From assembly GCA_017430535.1 (NCBI GenBank), contig JAFRMR010000007.1:61817-125816 (forward strand): a DNA stretch of 64,000 nt, in the 5' to 3' direction. Shown in pieces: positions 51,314-61,992 of the stretch. The position numbers and the translations under genes are program-made. The stretch is from Clostridia bacterium (GTDB taxonomy: Bacteria > Bacillota > Clostridia > Oscillospirales > Acutalibacteraceae). The first letter of the stretch is position 1; each line of letters starts with the position of its first letter. The notes under the pieces are model-generated. The model saw only the letters and a program-made list of their open reading frames with translations, did no database searches and was not told where the DNA came from.

Positions 51314-53017
51314 ATGCGATTGAAAAAGATTATAAGCGTGCTCCTTGCCGCATTGTTTATCCTGGGCGCCGCCCCTGCGGCCTTCGCCGCCGGTGAAACC
51401 GTTACACAGGATAATATAACATACATGCTTCTTAATGACGGCACATACGCCGTAAAAGAAGCCGTAAATTGTTCCGAAAATGTTGAAATTCCTTCCGATA
51501 TATCGGGCGTGGCGGTTACTCAGATTATGGGCAATGCTTTTGCAAGTATGGCTGCTATACTTAAAAGCGTTACAATCCCCGCATCTGTCACAACGGTAAA
51601 TGCTTATGCTTTCAGAAACTGCACCGGCCTTCAGAGTGTGGTTTTCAGATCATCAGGTTCAGCTGTTACAATCAAAAATGAAGCATTTTCCGGCTGCGGA
51701 TCTCTTGAAAGTATAGAATTGCCTGCAAATATTACGGCAATACCCGACAGGTGCTTTTATAATTGCAGTAAGCTTGCCGGTATATCCATACCCACCACAG
51801 TTAAAACCATAGGCAGCGAAGCGTTTTTACATTGCTCCTCACTTCCTTCGGTTACAATTCCGGCATCGGTCACTTCAATAGGGGATGAAGCTTTTTATAA
51901 CTGCACATCCGTTACCGGCTATACAGTAAGCGGCGGCACTTCATATAAAACAGTATCAGGTGTGCTCTATACTTATGACGGGAAAACACTTGTACAGTAC
52001 CCTTTGGGATCTTCCTCAACAAGCTTTTCCGTTCCATCAGGTGTTACCGAAATAGGAGCGGGCGCATTTGCATTCGGTAAGCTTATCATAGTGCGTATTT
52101 CCGAAGGGGTAGCCGAAATAGGCAAGGATGCTTTCAATAATGCAACATCGCTTTCCTCGGTTAATATTCCCCTCAGCACAGAAACAATAGGAACAAATGC
52201 TTTTAAGGATTGCGGAGCCCTGAAAGTTATTACATTGCCCGCAAGGCTTTCTTCCTATGAGGGCGCATTTGTTAACTGCGGAGCAGAGAAGGTAACCCTG
52301 GCCTGCGGTATAACGGAAATACCGACAAGAGCTTTTGCCCACTGTGTTCAGCTTGAAAATGTTTTTATTCCCGCATCTGTTGAAACAATTGCCCCCGGTG
52401 CATTTGCAAATTGCAGCGGTTTTACAATAAATGCACCCAAAGACAGCTACGCAATTCAGTGCGCATCGGATAACGGAATAAATTATGCAATATGTTCCGA
52501 TGATGATTTTCACCTTGATCTTGATGAGAACGGATATTGCGACGGCTGCAATAAAAAACTTGACGGTTCCGAAGAAGATACCGAAACGGATTCAGACACA
52601 AACCCCACACAGACAAAGCCAACCGAAACAAAGCCTACGGAAATGCCCACAAAACCCACCGTAACCGAAAACCCCGTAGCAAAGGTTAAGATTTCCGTGC
52701 CTGCTTCCGGTACTGTCAGGTGGAAGTACAGGGTTATGATGACCGCAAAAGCCTCCGGCCTTCCCAAGGGATATCACCTTGAGTGGTGGAAGGGAAAAGA
52801 AGCAGTGAGTAAAACTGCAACCCTTGTTACCGGTCCGCTTACCGATAAAACCAATGTTTACACTGCAAAAATCTGTGACAGCAGCGGCAAACCCGTAAGC
52901 ACTGCAGCGCAGGAAAAGAGCGCAACGGTAACCGTAACCGTACAGACCGGATTTTTTGCAAAAATCATCTCTTTCTTCACCCGTCTGTTCGGCTCGGATC
53001 TGGTAGAGCTTAAATAA
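51314..53017 (+). CDS. secreted BspA-type leucine-rich-repeat (LRR_5) surface protein
   Basis: Signal peptide ending AAFAAG. Many units of the type VTIPASVTxIGxxAFxNCxxL. VSGVLYTYDGKTLVQYP motif. Pro/Thr-rich linker TKPTETKPTEMPTKPT. Confidence 0.8.
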   Translation: MRLKKIISVLLAALFILGAAPAAFAAGETVTQDNITYMLLNDGTYAVKEAVNCSENVEIPSDISGVAVTQIMGNAFASMAAILKSVTIPASVTTVNAYAFRNCTGLQSVVFRSSGSAVTIKNEAFSGCGSLESIELPANITAIPDRCFYNCSKLAGISIPTTVKTIGSEAFLHCSSLPSVTIPASVTSIGDEAFYNCTSVTGYTVSGGTSYKTVSGVLYTYDGKTLVQYPLGSSSTSFSVPSGVTEIGAGAFAFGKLIIVRISEGVAEIGKDAFNNATSLSSVNIPLSTETIGTNAFKDCGALKVITLPARLSSYEGAFVNCGAEKVTLACGITEIPTRAFAHCVQLENVFIPASVETIAPGAFANCSGFTINAPKDSYAIQCASDNGINYAICSDDDFHLDLDENGYCDGCNKKLDGSEEDTETDSDTNPTQTKPTETKPTEMPTKPTVTENPVAKVKISVPASGTVRWKYRVMMTAKASGLPKGYHLEWWKGKEAVSKTATLVTGPLTDKTNVYTAKICDSSGKPVSTAAQEKSATVTVTVQTGFFAKIISFFTRLFGSDLVELK

Positions 53018-53030
53018 ATAACAGAAGTTC

Positions 53031-53075
53031 AAAATCCCCTGAGTATTTTCTGATACTCAGGGGATTGATTTTTGA
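53031..53075. terminator. bidirectional terminator
   Basis: AATCCCCTGAGTAT-tttctg-ATACTCAGGGGATT with flanking A and T runs, between convergent genes. Confidence 0.85.
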
Positions 53076-53078
53076 TGT

Positions 53079-54770
53079 TTATGTTTTATTGTTTTCTCTC
53101 TTTATTTTCTGTGCCGTTGTCCTTTCGAAATCCTGTTCTCTTATTGTAAAACTTCTTATTCTTTTGTAATCCGGCACAACCGAGTTTACGGAATCCACAT
53201 TGCTTTTGATTGCCTCGTGAATTTCCTCTTGGGTGGGTTCCCTGCCCAGAACCTCGGTGATTTCATCAATATCGGGAAAAATCTGCGCGTGTACCGTAAG
53301 ATCCCCGTGCTTGTTTTTTATTCCTTCAATCATAGATGCAGCTATGAATATGCTGGAATCAAGGTGATATTCAAGCTCCTCGGGGAATATGTTTTTGCCG
53401 TTTGATGTTACAATAACATTCTTGCATCTGCCGGTTATGTGGTAGTGACCTTTTTTGTCTGCAAAACATAAATCTCCGGTGTGGAAAAAGCCATCGCTGT
53501 CCATAACCTCGGCTGTGGCTTCCGGGTTATTGTAGTAACCCAGCATAACCATACCGCCTTTAACACACAGCTCGCCTATTCCGTTTTCATCCTTGTTTAT
53601 TATTTTTGTTTCAACTCCCGGCAAGGGCTCGCCAATGGAGTCTGTGGTTCTGAGCCTGTCGTGGTTTATTATTGCCAGAGGTGCGCATTCCGTAAGGCCA
53701 TAGCCGTAAACTATCTGTATGCCGAAGGCGTCAAAATCCTTGATTATCTGCGGATTTATGGGAGCACCTCCGCATATTATCATGCGCATGTTACCGCCGA
53801 AGGTTTCCTGTATCTCTTTGAAAACGATCTTTTTCAGGTCAATGCCCAGCTTGCTGCCTGCTTTGCAGATAACTTTACCTGCTTTGAACATCAGCTTGCC
53901 GTTTTTCTTTTTATTTATTTCTTTAAGAATTCTGCTGTGTACAATTTCAAGCACCATAGGCACCGCAACAAATATGGAAGGGTTGAATTCCTTCATATTT
54001 CTCAGTACATATTTGAAACCTTCGCAGAAAGTAACCTTTGCCCCGCAGTAGGGGGCGAAGAAAAGAATAATTGAGCTTTCAAAAGTGTGATGGAGGGGGA
54101 GCAGTGATATGCCGCAGTCCTCCGGGTATATTTTAAGCACGCCCATTGCGGCTTTGACTTCAAACACAAAGTTGCGCTGGCACAGCATAACCCCTTTTGA
54201 AACACCGGTTGTGCCGGAGGTAAAAAGCAGAGTGCATAGCTTGTTTACATCCTGTTTAACATTTTTGTAAAGAGCGGTGCCCTCTTCAATCAGCTTCCGG
54301 CCTTCCTCCTTGAAATCTGCAAAGGGGGTAATACCTTCTTCCGCCTCGGTTAAATCAAAGCAGATAATTTTTTTATCCTGAAGCTTTGAAAGCTTCAGCT
54401 TCGGCAGATGCTCTTTATCGCAGAATATAAACCTCGGCCGGGCGGCTTTTATAATCCCGTGAACATCCTCGCGGTGAAGTTCTTTATCTATAGGCACTAT
54501 TACGCCTGCCGAGCAAATAGTGGCAATATAGGCCATACAGTATTCATAGCAGTTATTGCCGATAACCGCAACCGCACTGTCCCTGACACCGTAGCTGAGC
54601 AGAGCCGTGGAAAGGGCGTTTATATCTTCCCGGTACTGCTTATATGTAATATTGAAATGCTCATCACCCCGCTTTATTTCAAAAGCAGGGCGTGAAGCAT
54701 ATATTTCCGCACTCTGGTCAATAATATCTCTTACTGTTTCAAACTCTCTTACCTGATAAAACGGTTTCAT
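53079..54770 (-). CDS. AMP-dependent synthetase/ligase (long-chain-fatty-acid--CoA ligase-like)
   Basis: AMP-binding motifs LFTSGTTGVSKGV, YGLTE, TGDL, and the NGKNIFPEE C terminus. Start moved to MKPFYQV (54770) behind AAGAGGA. The longer listed ORF would run across the dapF start. Confidence 0.88.
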   Translation of the reverse strand: MKPFYQVREFETVRDIIDQSAEIYASRPAFEIKRGDEHFNITYKQYREDINALSTALLSYGVRDSAVAVIGNNCYEYCMAYIATICSAGVIVPIDKELHREDVHGIIKAARPRFIFCDKEHLPKLKLSKLQDKKIICFDLTEAEEGITPFADFKEEGRKLIEEGTALYKNVKQDVNKLCTLLFTSGTTGVSKGVMLCQRNFVFEVKAAMGVLKIYPEDCGISLLPLHHTFESSIILFFAPYCGAKVTFCEGFKYVLRNMKEFNPSIFVAVPMVLEIVHSRILKEINKKKNGKLMFKAGKVICKAGSKLGIDLKKIVFKEIQETFGGNMRMIICGGAPINPQIIKDFDAFGIQIVYGYGLTECAPLAIINHDRLRTTDSIGEPLPGVETKIINKDENGIGELCVKGGMVMLGYYNNPEATAEVMDSDGFFHTGDLCFADKKGHYHITGRCKNVIVTSNGKNIFPEELEYHLDSSIFIAASMIEGIKNKHGDLTVHAQIFPDIDEITEVLGREPTQEEIHEAIKSNVDSVNSVVPDYKRIRSFTIREQDFERTTAQKIKRENNKT

Positions 54771-54923
54771 AAATCCTCTTAATATATAAATTATTTCTTT
54801 ATTCTTGATATTTTCAAACTCTTGTGGTATTATACCATATATGTTGTGCTTTGCAAAGATATAAAACACATTATTTTGTAACATTTTTGTTAACGGAGGC
54901 ACAAAAAACGGGGAGGAAAATGA

Positions 54924-55757
54924 ATGAAGTTCACTAAAATGCACGGTATCGGAAACGATTATATTTATTTCAATTGTTTTGAAGAAAAAGTCAATAATCC
55001 CAACGAGCTTGCAATCCGCCTATCGGACCGCCATTTCGGCATAGGCGGTGACGGCATCGTGCTTATTATGCCCAGCGAAACCTGCGATTTCAGGATGCGC
55101 ATGTTCAATGCGGACGGCAGCGAGGGCAAAATGTGCGGTAACGCTACAAGATGTATCGGTAAATATGTTTATGAAAAAGGCCTTACAGATAAAACCCGAT
55201 TCACCCTGGAAACTCTCAGTGGGGTAAAAGTTCTTGATCTTGATGTAAAAGACGGCACTGTTCAAAGCGTTACCGTTGATATGGGCAAAGCGGTATTTAC
55301 TGCAAAGGATATCCCCGTTATAGCCGAAACAGATGAGGTTGTTGAAGCTCCCCTTACAGTTGACGGCAAAGAGAATATTGTTACCTGCGTTTCAATGGGT
55401 AACCCTCACTGTGTGATATTTACCGAAGGTATTGCCGGGCTTGACCTTGAAAAAATCGGCCCGTCCTATGAAAACCATCCCGCATTCCCCGAAAGAATAA
55501 ATACGGAATTTGCAGAGTATATTGATGAAAACCATCTTAATATGAGAGTATGGGAAAGAGGTAGCGGAGAAACTCTTGCCTGCGGTACCGGGGCCTGCGC
55601 CACAGTATCTGCCGCAGTTAAAACAGGCCGCTGCAAGCCGGATACTTTTGTTAAGGTTAAGCTTATAGGCGGCGAGCTTGAAATAATGTATAAATCCGAC
55701 GGAACGGTTATTATGAAAGGTCCCGCAGCATTTTCATTTGAAGGAGAGGTAGAATAA
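54924..55757 (+). CDS. dapF: diaminopimelate epimerase
   Basis: HGIGNDY, the MCGNATRC and ACGTGACA catalytic Cys motifs. Confidence 0.95.
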   Translation: MKFTKMHGIGNDYIYFNCFEEKVNNPNELAIRLSDRHFGIGGDGIVLIMPSETCDFRMRMFNADGSEGKMCGNATRCIGKYVYEKGLTDKTRFTLETLSGVKVLDLDVKDGTVQSVTVDMGKAVFTAKDIPVIAETDEVVEAPLTVDGKENIVTCVSMGNPHCVIFTEGIAGLDLEKIGPSYENHPAFPERINTEFAEYIDENHLNMRVWERGSGETLACGTGACATVSAAVKTGRCKPDTFVKVKLIGGELEIMYKSDGTVIMKGPAAFSFEGEVE

Positions 55758-56950
55758 TGGCACATATCAATTCAAATTATCTTAATATCAAAGAGAGCTA
55801 TCTTTTTTCTGAGGTGGCAAAGAGAGCAAACGCATATAAAGAGAGCCACCCGGAGGCCGATGTAATCCGCCTGGGTATCGGCGATGTCACAAGACCCCTG
55901 TGCCCGTCCGTTATTGATGCCCTTCACGCCGGAGTTGACGATATGGCTCAGTCTTCCACCTTCAAGGGTTACGGCCCTGAACAGGGCTACGATTTCATCA
56001 AGGATTCCCTCAAGGCCTATTATGCCGAAAGAGGGGTAGATCTTGATAAGGATGAAATTTTTATTTCCGACGGCGCCAAAAGCGACCTTGGCAATATACT
56101 TGATATATTCTCAAAGGATAATGTGGTTCTTATTCCCGATCCCGTTTATCCCGTTTATGTTGATACAAATATTATGGACGGCAGGCAGGTTGTTTTCCTT
56201 TCCGCCAATGAATCAAACGGATTCCTGCCCCTGCCGGATCCTTCCGTGAAAGCAGACCTTATTTATATCTGTTCTCCCAATAATCCCACCGGCGCGGTTT
56301 ATAACAAAGAGCAGCTTGCAAAGTGGGTTGAATATGCAAACGCAAATAATGCGGTTATATTCTTTGATGCTGCTTATGAGTGCTTTGTTTCCGACAGCTC
56401 TCTGCCCAGAAGCATTTATGAAATTCCCGGTGCACGCACATGCGCCATAGAGTTCTGTTCATTTTCCAAAACTGCCGGTTTTACCGGTACACGCTGCGGT
56501 TATACAGTTGTGCCTTTTGACCTTGTCAGAGATAACTGCTCACTTAATAAATTCTGGCTCAGAAGGCAGACCACAAAGTTCAACGGTGTAAGTTATATCA
56601 CGCAGAAGGGCGCCGCTGCCGTTTTCACCCCCGAAGGCAAAAAACAGATTTATGAAAACATTGATTATTACAAAGAAAACGCCAGAACCATAACCGAAAC
56701 CCTTGACCGTCTGGGAATCTGGTACTGCGGCGGCAAACATTCGCCCTATATCTGGTTCAGGTGCCCCGGCAATATGGGTTCCTGGGAATTCTTTGACGCT
56801 CTGCTTGAAAAAGCCAATGTGGTAGGTACACCCGGTGAAGGCTTCGGCGAAAACGGAAAAGGCTATTTCCGCCTTACCTCTTTCTCAACCCACGAAAACA
56901 CCATTGAAGCTATGAGACGGTTTGAGGCCGCCTTCGGCAGCAATGAATAA
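55757..56950 (+). CDS. dapL: LL-diaminopimelate aminotransferase
   Basis: N terminus NSNYLNIKESYLFSEV and PLP-lysine region SFSKTAGFTGTRCG typical of the DapL family. 1-nt overlap with dapF. Confidence 0.9.
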   Translation: MAHINSNYLNIKESYLFSEVAKRANAYKESHPEADVIRLGIGDVTRPLCPSVIDALHAGVDDMAQSSTFKGYGPEQGYDFIKDSLKAYYAERGVDLDKDEIFISDGAKSDLGNILDIFSKDNVVLIPDPVYPVYVDTNIMDGRQVVFLSANESNGFLPLPDPSVKADLIYICSPNNPTGAVYNKEQLAKWVEYANANNAVIFFDAAYECFVSDSSLPRSIYEIPGARTCAIEFCSFSKTAGFTGTRCGYTVVPFDLVRDNCSLNKFWLRRQTTKFNGVSYITQKGAAAVFTPEGKKQIYENIDYYKENARTITETLDRLGIWYCGGKHSPYIWFRCPGNMGSWEFFDALLEKANVVGTPGEGFGENGKGYFRLTSFSTHENTIEAMRRFEAAFGSNE

Positions 56951-58163
56951 TTACGAAAAAGAAAAAAGATATATATTTATATGCTGGCTGGCATACGCTG
57001 TAGCGTATGTCGGCCGGCTGAATTATGCCGCATCCATAGTGGCCATAGTAGGCGATATGGGCGTTACCAAGTCCCAGGCCGGCCTTGTAAGTTCCTTTTT
57101 CTTCTTTGCTTACGGAGTCGGGCAGATTGTAAACGGCATCCTTTCAAAAAAATACAATAACAGAGTGATGGTGTTTCTTTCGCTCTTTATTTCCGCCTGC
57201 CTCAATGTATCTATGCCTCTTATAGGCAATATTTCTGTGATGAAATATATCTGGCTGCTTAACGGCGTTGTTCAGTCCGTACTCTGGTGCACTCTCATTA
57301 AAACAATTTCAATCCATGTTTCGGATGAAAAAATGTCAACAGCCATTGTTGTAATGAGCACCCCGGTTGCAGCAGGCACCATAGTTGTTTACGGCCTTTC
57401 CGCCCTGTTTGTCAAGATTGCTGATTGGCGGTATACATTTTTTGTTGCTGCCGCAATGCTGTTAATCACCGCCTTTGTATGGTTTGCCCTTTACGGCGAC
57501 GGTAGGGGAGATGTTAATTTCACCGTTCCTTCTTCAGAAGAAAATGATTCCGAGAAAAAATCTTCCGGAATTTCCGCGGCAACGGTTATGTGCCTTGTTT
57601 CATTTGCTCTTGTGGGAATTACCAACGGGTTTATCAAAGACGGCATAAATACCTGGGGTGCCAGCGTGTTCTTTGAGGAATTCGGAATTTCCCGTTCTTT
57701 CTCAATTCTTCTTACGTTGCTTATGCCTATGGTTTCCCTTGTGGGGGCTACCTTTGTTGCAAGGATTCATAAAAAAATATCATCCCATTCCCTTATGGAT
57801 TTAATCTTTTATGCAATTTCTGCGGCGGTGTGCCTTGTTATATTGTTTGCCCTTAAAGTGCATTCCCTGCCTCTTGTTATTGTAACTTTTGTTGCGGTTG
57901 CCTGCCTTATGTCTATGGTTAACAATGTGGTTACAAGTGTTTATCCCCTTGACAGGCGCAAAATAATGAGCTCCGGTTTTGTTTCCGGGTTTCTCAATTC
58001 CTTCTGCTATGTCGGCAGCACGGTTACATCCTACTCCCTGGGAGCCATTTCCCAGAATCACGGCTGGAACGGCGCTTTTGTTGTAATATTTGCTGTTTCG
58101 GCCCTGGCGGTGGTTCTGTCTGCCGCAGGGGTTATAACCGAAAGAAAGGAGGCGGCACTATGA
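56943..58163 (+). CDS. MFS transporter
   Basis: 12 TM. Start at MNNYEKEKR (56943), overlapping the dapL stop by 8 nt. Confidence 0.8.
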   Translation: MNNYEKEKRYIFICWLAYAVAYVGRLNYAASIVAIVGDMGVTKSQAGLVSSFFFFAYGVGQIVNGILSKKYNNRVMVFLSLFISACLNVSMPLIGNISVMKYIWLLNGVVQSVLWCTLIKTISIHVSDEKMSTAIVVMSTPVAAGTIVVYGLSALFVKIADWRYTFFVAAAMLLITAFVWFALYGDGRGDVNFTVPSSEENDSEKKSSGISAATVMCLVSFALVGITNGFIKDGINTWGASVFFEEFGISRSFSILLTLLMPMVSLVGATFVARIHKKISSHSLMDLIFYAISAAVCLVILFALKVHSLPLVIVTFVAVACLMSMVNNVVTSVYPLDRRKIMSSGFVSGFLNSFCYVGSTVTSYSLGAISQNHGWNGAFVVIFAVSALAVVLSAAGVITERKEAAL

Positions 58164-58996
58164 CGGGAGTAATTGATGTCGGCGGCGGCCTTCGTGATAT
58201 TTACGGCGCAGGCGTATTTGATACCTGCCTTGATATGAACCTTTATTTTGACTGCTGTATTGCCGTTTCCGCAGGTGCCGCAAATGTGGTTTCCTTCCTT
58301 GCAAAGCAGGATAAACGCAACTACAGATTCTATACCGATTATGTATTCCGCAAGGAGTATATGAGTATATCAAATGTTAGGGACGGCAGGCATTTTCTTG
58401 ACCTTGATTATGTTTACGGCGAGCTTTCAAATGACGACGGTGAGGATCCCCTTGATTATGGTAATATTGAAAACTACAACGGTATTCTGAATATAGTTGC
58501 CACACATGCAATTACCGGAAGGCCCTGTTATTTTGATAAATCCGATATCAAGCCAAATAACTTCAGGATTATAAAAGCATCTTCATCTATTCCCATTGTC
58601 TGCGGCAGAACCGAGATAAACGGTCAGATATACTATGACGGCGGTATAGCGGATCCCATTCCCATCAAAAAAGCTCTGGAGCTTGGCTGTGACAGAATAG
58701 TCCTTATTCTGACCAGACCAAAGGATTTTGAGGTTCTGCCCAAAACAGATCTTATGATTGCTTCACTTATGGATGAAGAATGCCACAAATGCGCCAACGC
58801 TTTAAGGGTGAGAAGTTTAAGGTATAACAGAATGCTCAGGTATGCCCGCCGGCTTGAGGAAGAGGGCAGGTGCCTTATTGTTGCCCCGGATGATACCTGC
58901 GGGGTTGAAACCCTCACAAGAGATAAGGACAAACTTGATGCTCTTTATCATAAAGGCGTTGAAGACGGCAAAAAGATAAAAGACTTTATCCTTTGA
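58160..58996 (+). CDS. patatin-like phospholipase family protein
   Basis: Oxyanion GGGLRDIYGAG, nucleophile elbow AVSAGAA (GxSxG), catalytic Asp in YYDGG. ATGA overlap with the MFS gene. Confidence 0.85.
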   Translation: MTGVIDVGGGLRDIYGAGVFDTCLDMNLYFDCCIAVSAGAANVVSFLAKQDKRNYRFYTDYVFRKEYMSISNVRDGRHFLDLDYVYGELSNDDGEDPLDYGNIENYNGILNIVATHAITGRPCYFDKSDIKPNNFRIIKASSSIPIVCGRTEINGQIYYDGGIADPIPIKKALELGCDRIVLILTRPKDFEVLPKTDLMIASLMDEECHKCANALRVRSLRYNRMLRYARRLEEEGRCLIVAPDDTCGVETLTRDKDKLDALYHKGVEDGKKIKDFIL

Positions 58997-59024
58997 TTTA
59001 CTTTGTTTTCAATAATATATTATA

Positions 59025-59053
59025 TTGACAATCCTATTTTGTTGTGCTAAAAT
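59025..59053 (+). promoter_or_regulatory. promoter of the valS T-box leader
   Basis: TTGACA (59025-59030), 17 nt, TGC-TAAAAT (hexamer 59048-59053). Confidence 0.65.
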
Positions 59054-59059
59054 TCCCTA

Positions 59060-59296
59060 TGTTAAAAACGGTGACGGAGAGAATGGCTGTGCAAACCTTG
59101 CAGAGAGCCGGCGCTTGGTGAAAGCCGGCAGGCAGAGCAGTTTATTGTAGCTCCCGAGTTTGGGGGAAGAAAGCATCCCGGCAAGTAGAACCCCTGCGTG
59201 CGGCAGCGTTAATGCCTTTGAGCGGCCCTTTACGGGCAATTTGAGTGGTACCGCGGGTATATTCTCGTCTCATGATTATTCATGAGGCGTTTTTTG
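59060..59296 (+). promoter_or_regulatory. T-box riboswitch leader, valine specifier
   Basis: AGAGAG box and distal GGTGAAAGCC. Probable specifier GTA (59147-59149) followed by a purine and stem closure CTCC. T-box sequence AATTTGAGTGGTACCGCGG (59238-59256). Terminator CGTCTCATG-attatt-CATGAGGCG + TTTTTT (59266-59295). Confidence 0.9.
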
Positions 59297-59317
59297 TTTT
59301 CAGAAAGGATTGATTTT

Positions 59318-61936
59318 ATGCAGAAAGAGCTTGCAAAACAGTATGATCCTAAAAATGTTGAGGATCGTATTTACGATTTCTGGCTGAAAGGCAATTATTT
59401 TCATGCCAAGGTTGAAAATGACAAAAAACCATACACAATAGTTATTCCGCCCCCCAATATCACGGGGCAGCTTCATATGGGCCACGCTCTGGATAATACC
59501 CTTCAGGATATTCTTATCCGATGGAGAAGGATGCAGGGCTATGATGCTCTTTGGCTTCCCGGTACCGACCACGCTTCAATAGCTACAGAAGCCAAAATTG
59601 TTGAGGCAATGAAACAGGAAGGTATAACCAAGGAAGATATCGGCAGAGACGGTTTCCTTGAAAGAGCCTGGGCCTGGAAAGAAAAGTTCGGCGGCAGGAT
59701 TATAGAGCAGCTTAAAAAGATGGGCTCCTCCTGTGACTGGGAGAGGGAGCGTTTCACCCTTGATGAAGGCTGCAGCAAGGCCGTGCTTGAGGTTTTCTGC
59801 AATCTTTATGAAAAGGGCCTCATATACAGAGGCGAGCGTATAATAAACTGGTGTCCTCATTGCCTTACATCTATTTCCGATGCAGAGGTTGAGTATGAGG
59901 ATCAGGCCGGTCATTTCTGGCATCTCCGCTACCCATTCAAGGATGGCAGCGGTTATCTTGAGCTTGCCACCACCAGGCCGGAAACTCTCCTTGGCGATAC
60001 GGCTGTTGCCGTTAACCCCAATGATGAACGCTATAAGGATGTTATCGGTAAAACCCTTATCCTTCCCATCGTTCACCGTGAAATTCCCGTAGTTGCCGAT
60101 GATTATGTTGAGATGGATTTCGGCACCGGCGTTGTTAAAATTACACCTGCTCACGATCCCAATGACTTTGAGGTAGGTCTTCGCCATAATCTGCCGGTAA
60201 TAAATGTAATGACCGATGACGCAAAGATTACCGAAGATTATCCCGCCTATGCAGGTATGGACAGATTCGAGGCCAGAAAAGCCATTGTAAAGGATCTTGA
60301 GGCGGAGGGTGCCCTTGTCAGAATAGAGGACTACAGCCACAATGTAGGCACCTGCTACCGCTGCCACACAACCGTTGAGCCCAGAGTATCAAAACAGTGG
60401 TTTGTCAAGATGAAGCCCCTTGCCGAGCCTGCCATTGACTGCGTAAAGAGCGGCAAAACCAAGTTCATACCCGAAAGATTTGATAAAATATATTATCACT
60501 GGATGGAAAATATCAAGGATTGGTGTATTTCCCGTCAGCTCTGGTGGGGCCACAGAATTCCCGCCTATTACTGCGACAGCTGCGGCGAGCTTGTTGTTTC
60601 AAGAACGGCTCCTTCTTGCTGCCCCAAGTGCGGCGGTTCAATGACTCAGGACCCCGATACCCTTGATACTTGGTTCTCATCCGCGCTCTGGCCCTTCTCA
60701 ACTCTTGGTTGGCCGGATAAAACCCCGGAGCTTGATCACTATTTCCCCACCAGCACACTGGTTACCGGTTATGATATCATTTTCTTCTGGGTTGCCAGGA
60801 TGATTTTCTCCAGTATGGAGCAGATGGGCAGAGAGCCTTTCAGCACCGTGTTTATTCACGGCATTGTAAGAGATGCCCAGGGCAGAAAAATGTCCAAGTC
60901 TCTCGGCAACGGCATTGATCCTCTCGAGGTAATTGATGAATACGGTGCAGATGCTCTCCGGCTTACTCTTGCCACCGGCAACAGCCCCGGAAATGATATG
61001 AGATTCTCCGATGAAAAGGTGAGCGCAAGCCGCAACTTTGCAAATAAGCTGTGGAATGCTTCAAGATTTATCTTTATGAATCTCGGTGATGAGGATATTC
61101 CTCTCTGCCTGCCCGAAAAGCTTGCACTTGAGGATAAATGGATTGTCAGCAAGCTCAACGGGCTTACCAAAGAGGTCACCGATAACCTTGAAAAATTTGA
61201 GCTCGGTATAGCCGTATCAAAACTTTATGATTTTATCTGGGATGTTTTCTGCGACTGGTATATTGAGCTTGTCAAAACCAGACTTCAGAAAGGCGGAGAA
61301 GAGGCCTCAAGCGCAAGGCAGGTTCTTGTGTTTGTTATGGACGGTATCCTGAAACTTCTTCACCCCTTTATGCCTTTCATTACTGAAGAAATATGGCAGA
61401 CCCTTCCTCATACCGGCGAATCCATAATGGTTTCTCCCTGGCCGGAGTATAAGGATGAGCTGAACTTCTCCGCAGAAGAGATTGAGATGGAAAGGATAAT
61501 GACATGCATCAAGGCTGTAAGAAACAGAAGGGCCGAGATGAATGTCGCTCCTTCCAGAAAAGCAAAAATCTATATCGTTTCCGCATACAGGGATACCTTT
61601 GAAAAAGCCGGCGTATTTATGCAGAGGCTTGCAGGCGCTTCCGAGTGCGAAATATGCGATAAGTGTGATATAGAGGATGCAGTTTGCGTGGTTACCGCCG
61701 ATGCAAAGCTTTATATTCCGATGGGCGATCTTGTTGATTTTGAGGCCGAAAAAGCAAGGCTTCAGAAAGAGCTTGACAATGTAATGAAAGATCTTGAATT
61801 TGTTAACAGCAAACTGTCAAATGAAAATTTTGTTGCAAAAGCTCCCGAAAAGGTTGTTCAGGCTCAGCGCGATGCTGCCGCAAAGTATACCGAAAAAATG
61901 GAAATGCTCAAAGAGAGTATTGCAAAATTAGGCTGA
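59318..61936 (+). CDS. valS: valine--tRNA ligase
   Basis: [13 protein letters not shown] (HIGH), KMSKS, C-terminal coiled coil. Start at [11 protein letters not shown] behind AAAGGA. Confidence 0.97.
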   Translation: MQKELAKQYDPKNVEDRIYDFWLKGNYFHAKVENDKKPYTIVIPPPNITGQLHMGHALDNTLQDILIRWRRMQGYDALWLPGTDHASIATEAKIVEAMKQEGITKEDIGRDGFLERAWAWKEKFGGRIIEQLKKMGSSCDWERERFTLDEGCSKAVLEVFCNLYEKGLIYRGERIINWCPHCLTSISDAEVEYEDQAGHFWHLRYPFKDGSGYLELATTRPETLLGDTAVAVNPNDERYKDVIGKTLILPIVHREIPVVADDYVEMDFGTGVVKITPAHDPNDFEVGLRHNLPVINVMTDDAKITEDYPAYAGMDRFEARKAIVKDLEAEGALVRIEDYSHNVGTCYRCHTTVEPRVSKQWFVKMKPLAEPAIDCVKSGKTKFIPERFDKIYYHWMENIKDWCISRQLWWGHRIPAYYCDSCGELVVSRTAPSCCPKCGGSMTQDPDTLDTWFSSALWPFSTLGWPDKTPELDHYFPTSTLVTGYDIIFFWVARMIFSSMEQMGREPFSTVFIHGIVRDAQGRKMSKSLGNGIDPLEVIDEYGADALRLTLATGNSPGNDMRFSDEKVSASRNFANKLWNASRFIFMNLGDEDIPLCLPEKLALEDKWIVSKLNGLTKEVTDNLEKFELGIAVSKLYDFIWDVFCDWYIELVKTRLQKGGEEASSARQVLVFVMDGILKLLHPFMPFITEEIWQTLPHTGESIMVSPWPEYKDELNFSAEEIEMERIMTCIKAVRNRRAEMNVAPSRKAKIYIVSAYRDTFEKAGVFMQRLAGASECEICDKCDIEDAVCVVTADAKLYIPMGDLVDFEAEKARLQKELDNVMKDLEFVNSKLSNENFVAKAPEKVVQAQRDAAAKYTEKMEMLKESIAKLG

Positions 61937-61942
61937 AACAAC

Positions 61943-61982
61943 GGCTGCCGTATTCGTTTTTCGTAATCCGGCAGCCCTTTTG
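61943..61982 (+). terminator. terminator-like hairpin after valS
   Basis: GGCTGCCG ... CGGCAGCC stem with a large loop, followed by CTTTTGG. Confidence 0.5.
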
Positions 61983-61992
61983 GTAATTATTT

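Noticed and set aside
54771-54923. Lysine riboswitch (L-box) upstream of dapF-dapL.
   Set aside because: The region is only 153 bp and is shared with the divergent acyl-CoA ligase promoter. The candidate promoter TTGATA-17-TATTAT leaves roughly an 85-nt leader, which is shorter than an L-box and lacks its conserved helices.
53079-54944. Full-length 621-aa version of the AMP-binding enzyme ORF, and similar N-terminal extensions of track ORFs (1842, 4240, 13448, 31843, 31920, 39702, 43904, 46245, 56922, 59282).
   Set aside because: The extensions lack an RBS. They overlap neighbouring genes or promoters, or the T-box terminator in the case of valS. Their residues are atypical, and an internal ATG with a good Shine-Dalgarno sequence aligns with the expected family N terminus.
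59576-60367. 263-aa ORF on the minus strand inside valS. Similar long antisense ORFs lie at 18094-18801, 23376-24047, 36534-37229, 4114-4698, 16398-16949 and 12684-13169.
   Set aside because: Each lies entirely antisense to a gene with unmistakable conserved motifs. They have odd, low-complexity or Cys/Phe/Arg-rich composition, no RBS and no recognisable domains. They are shadow ORFs of the real genes.
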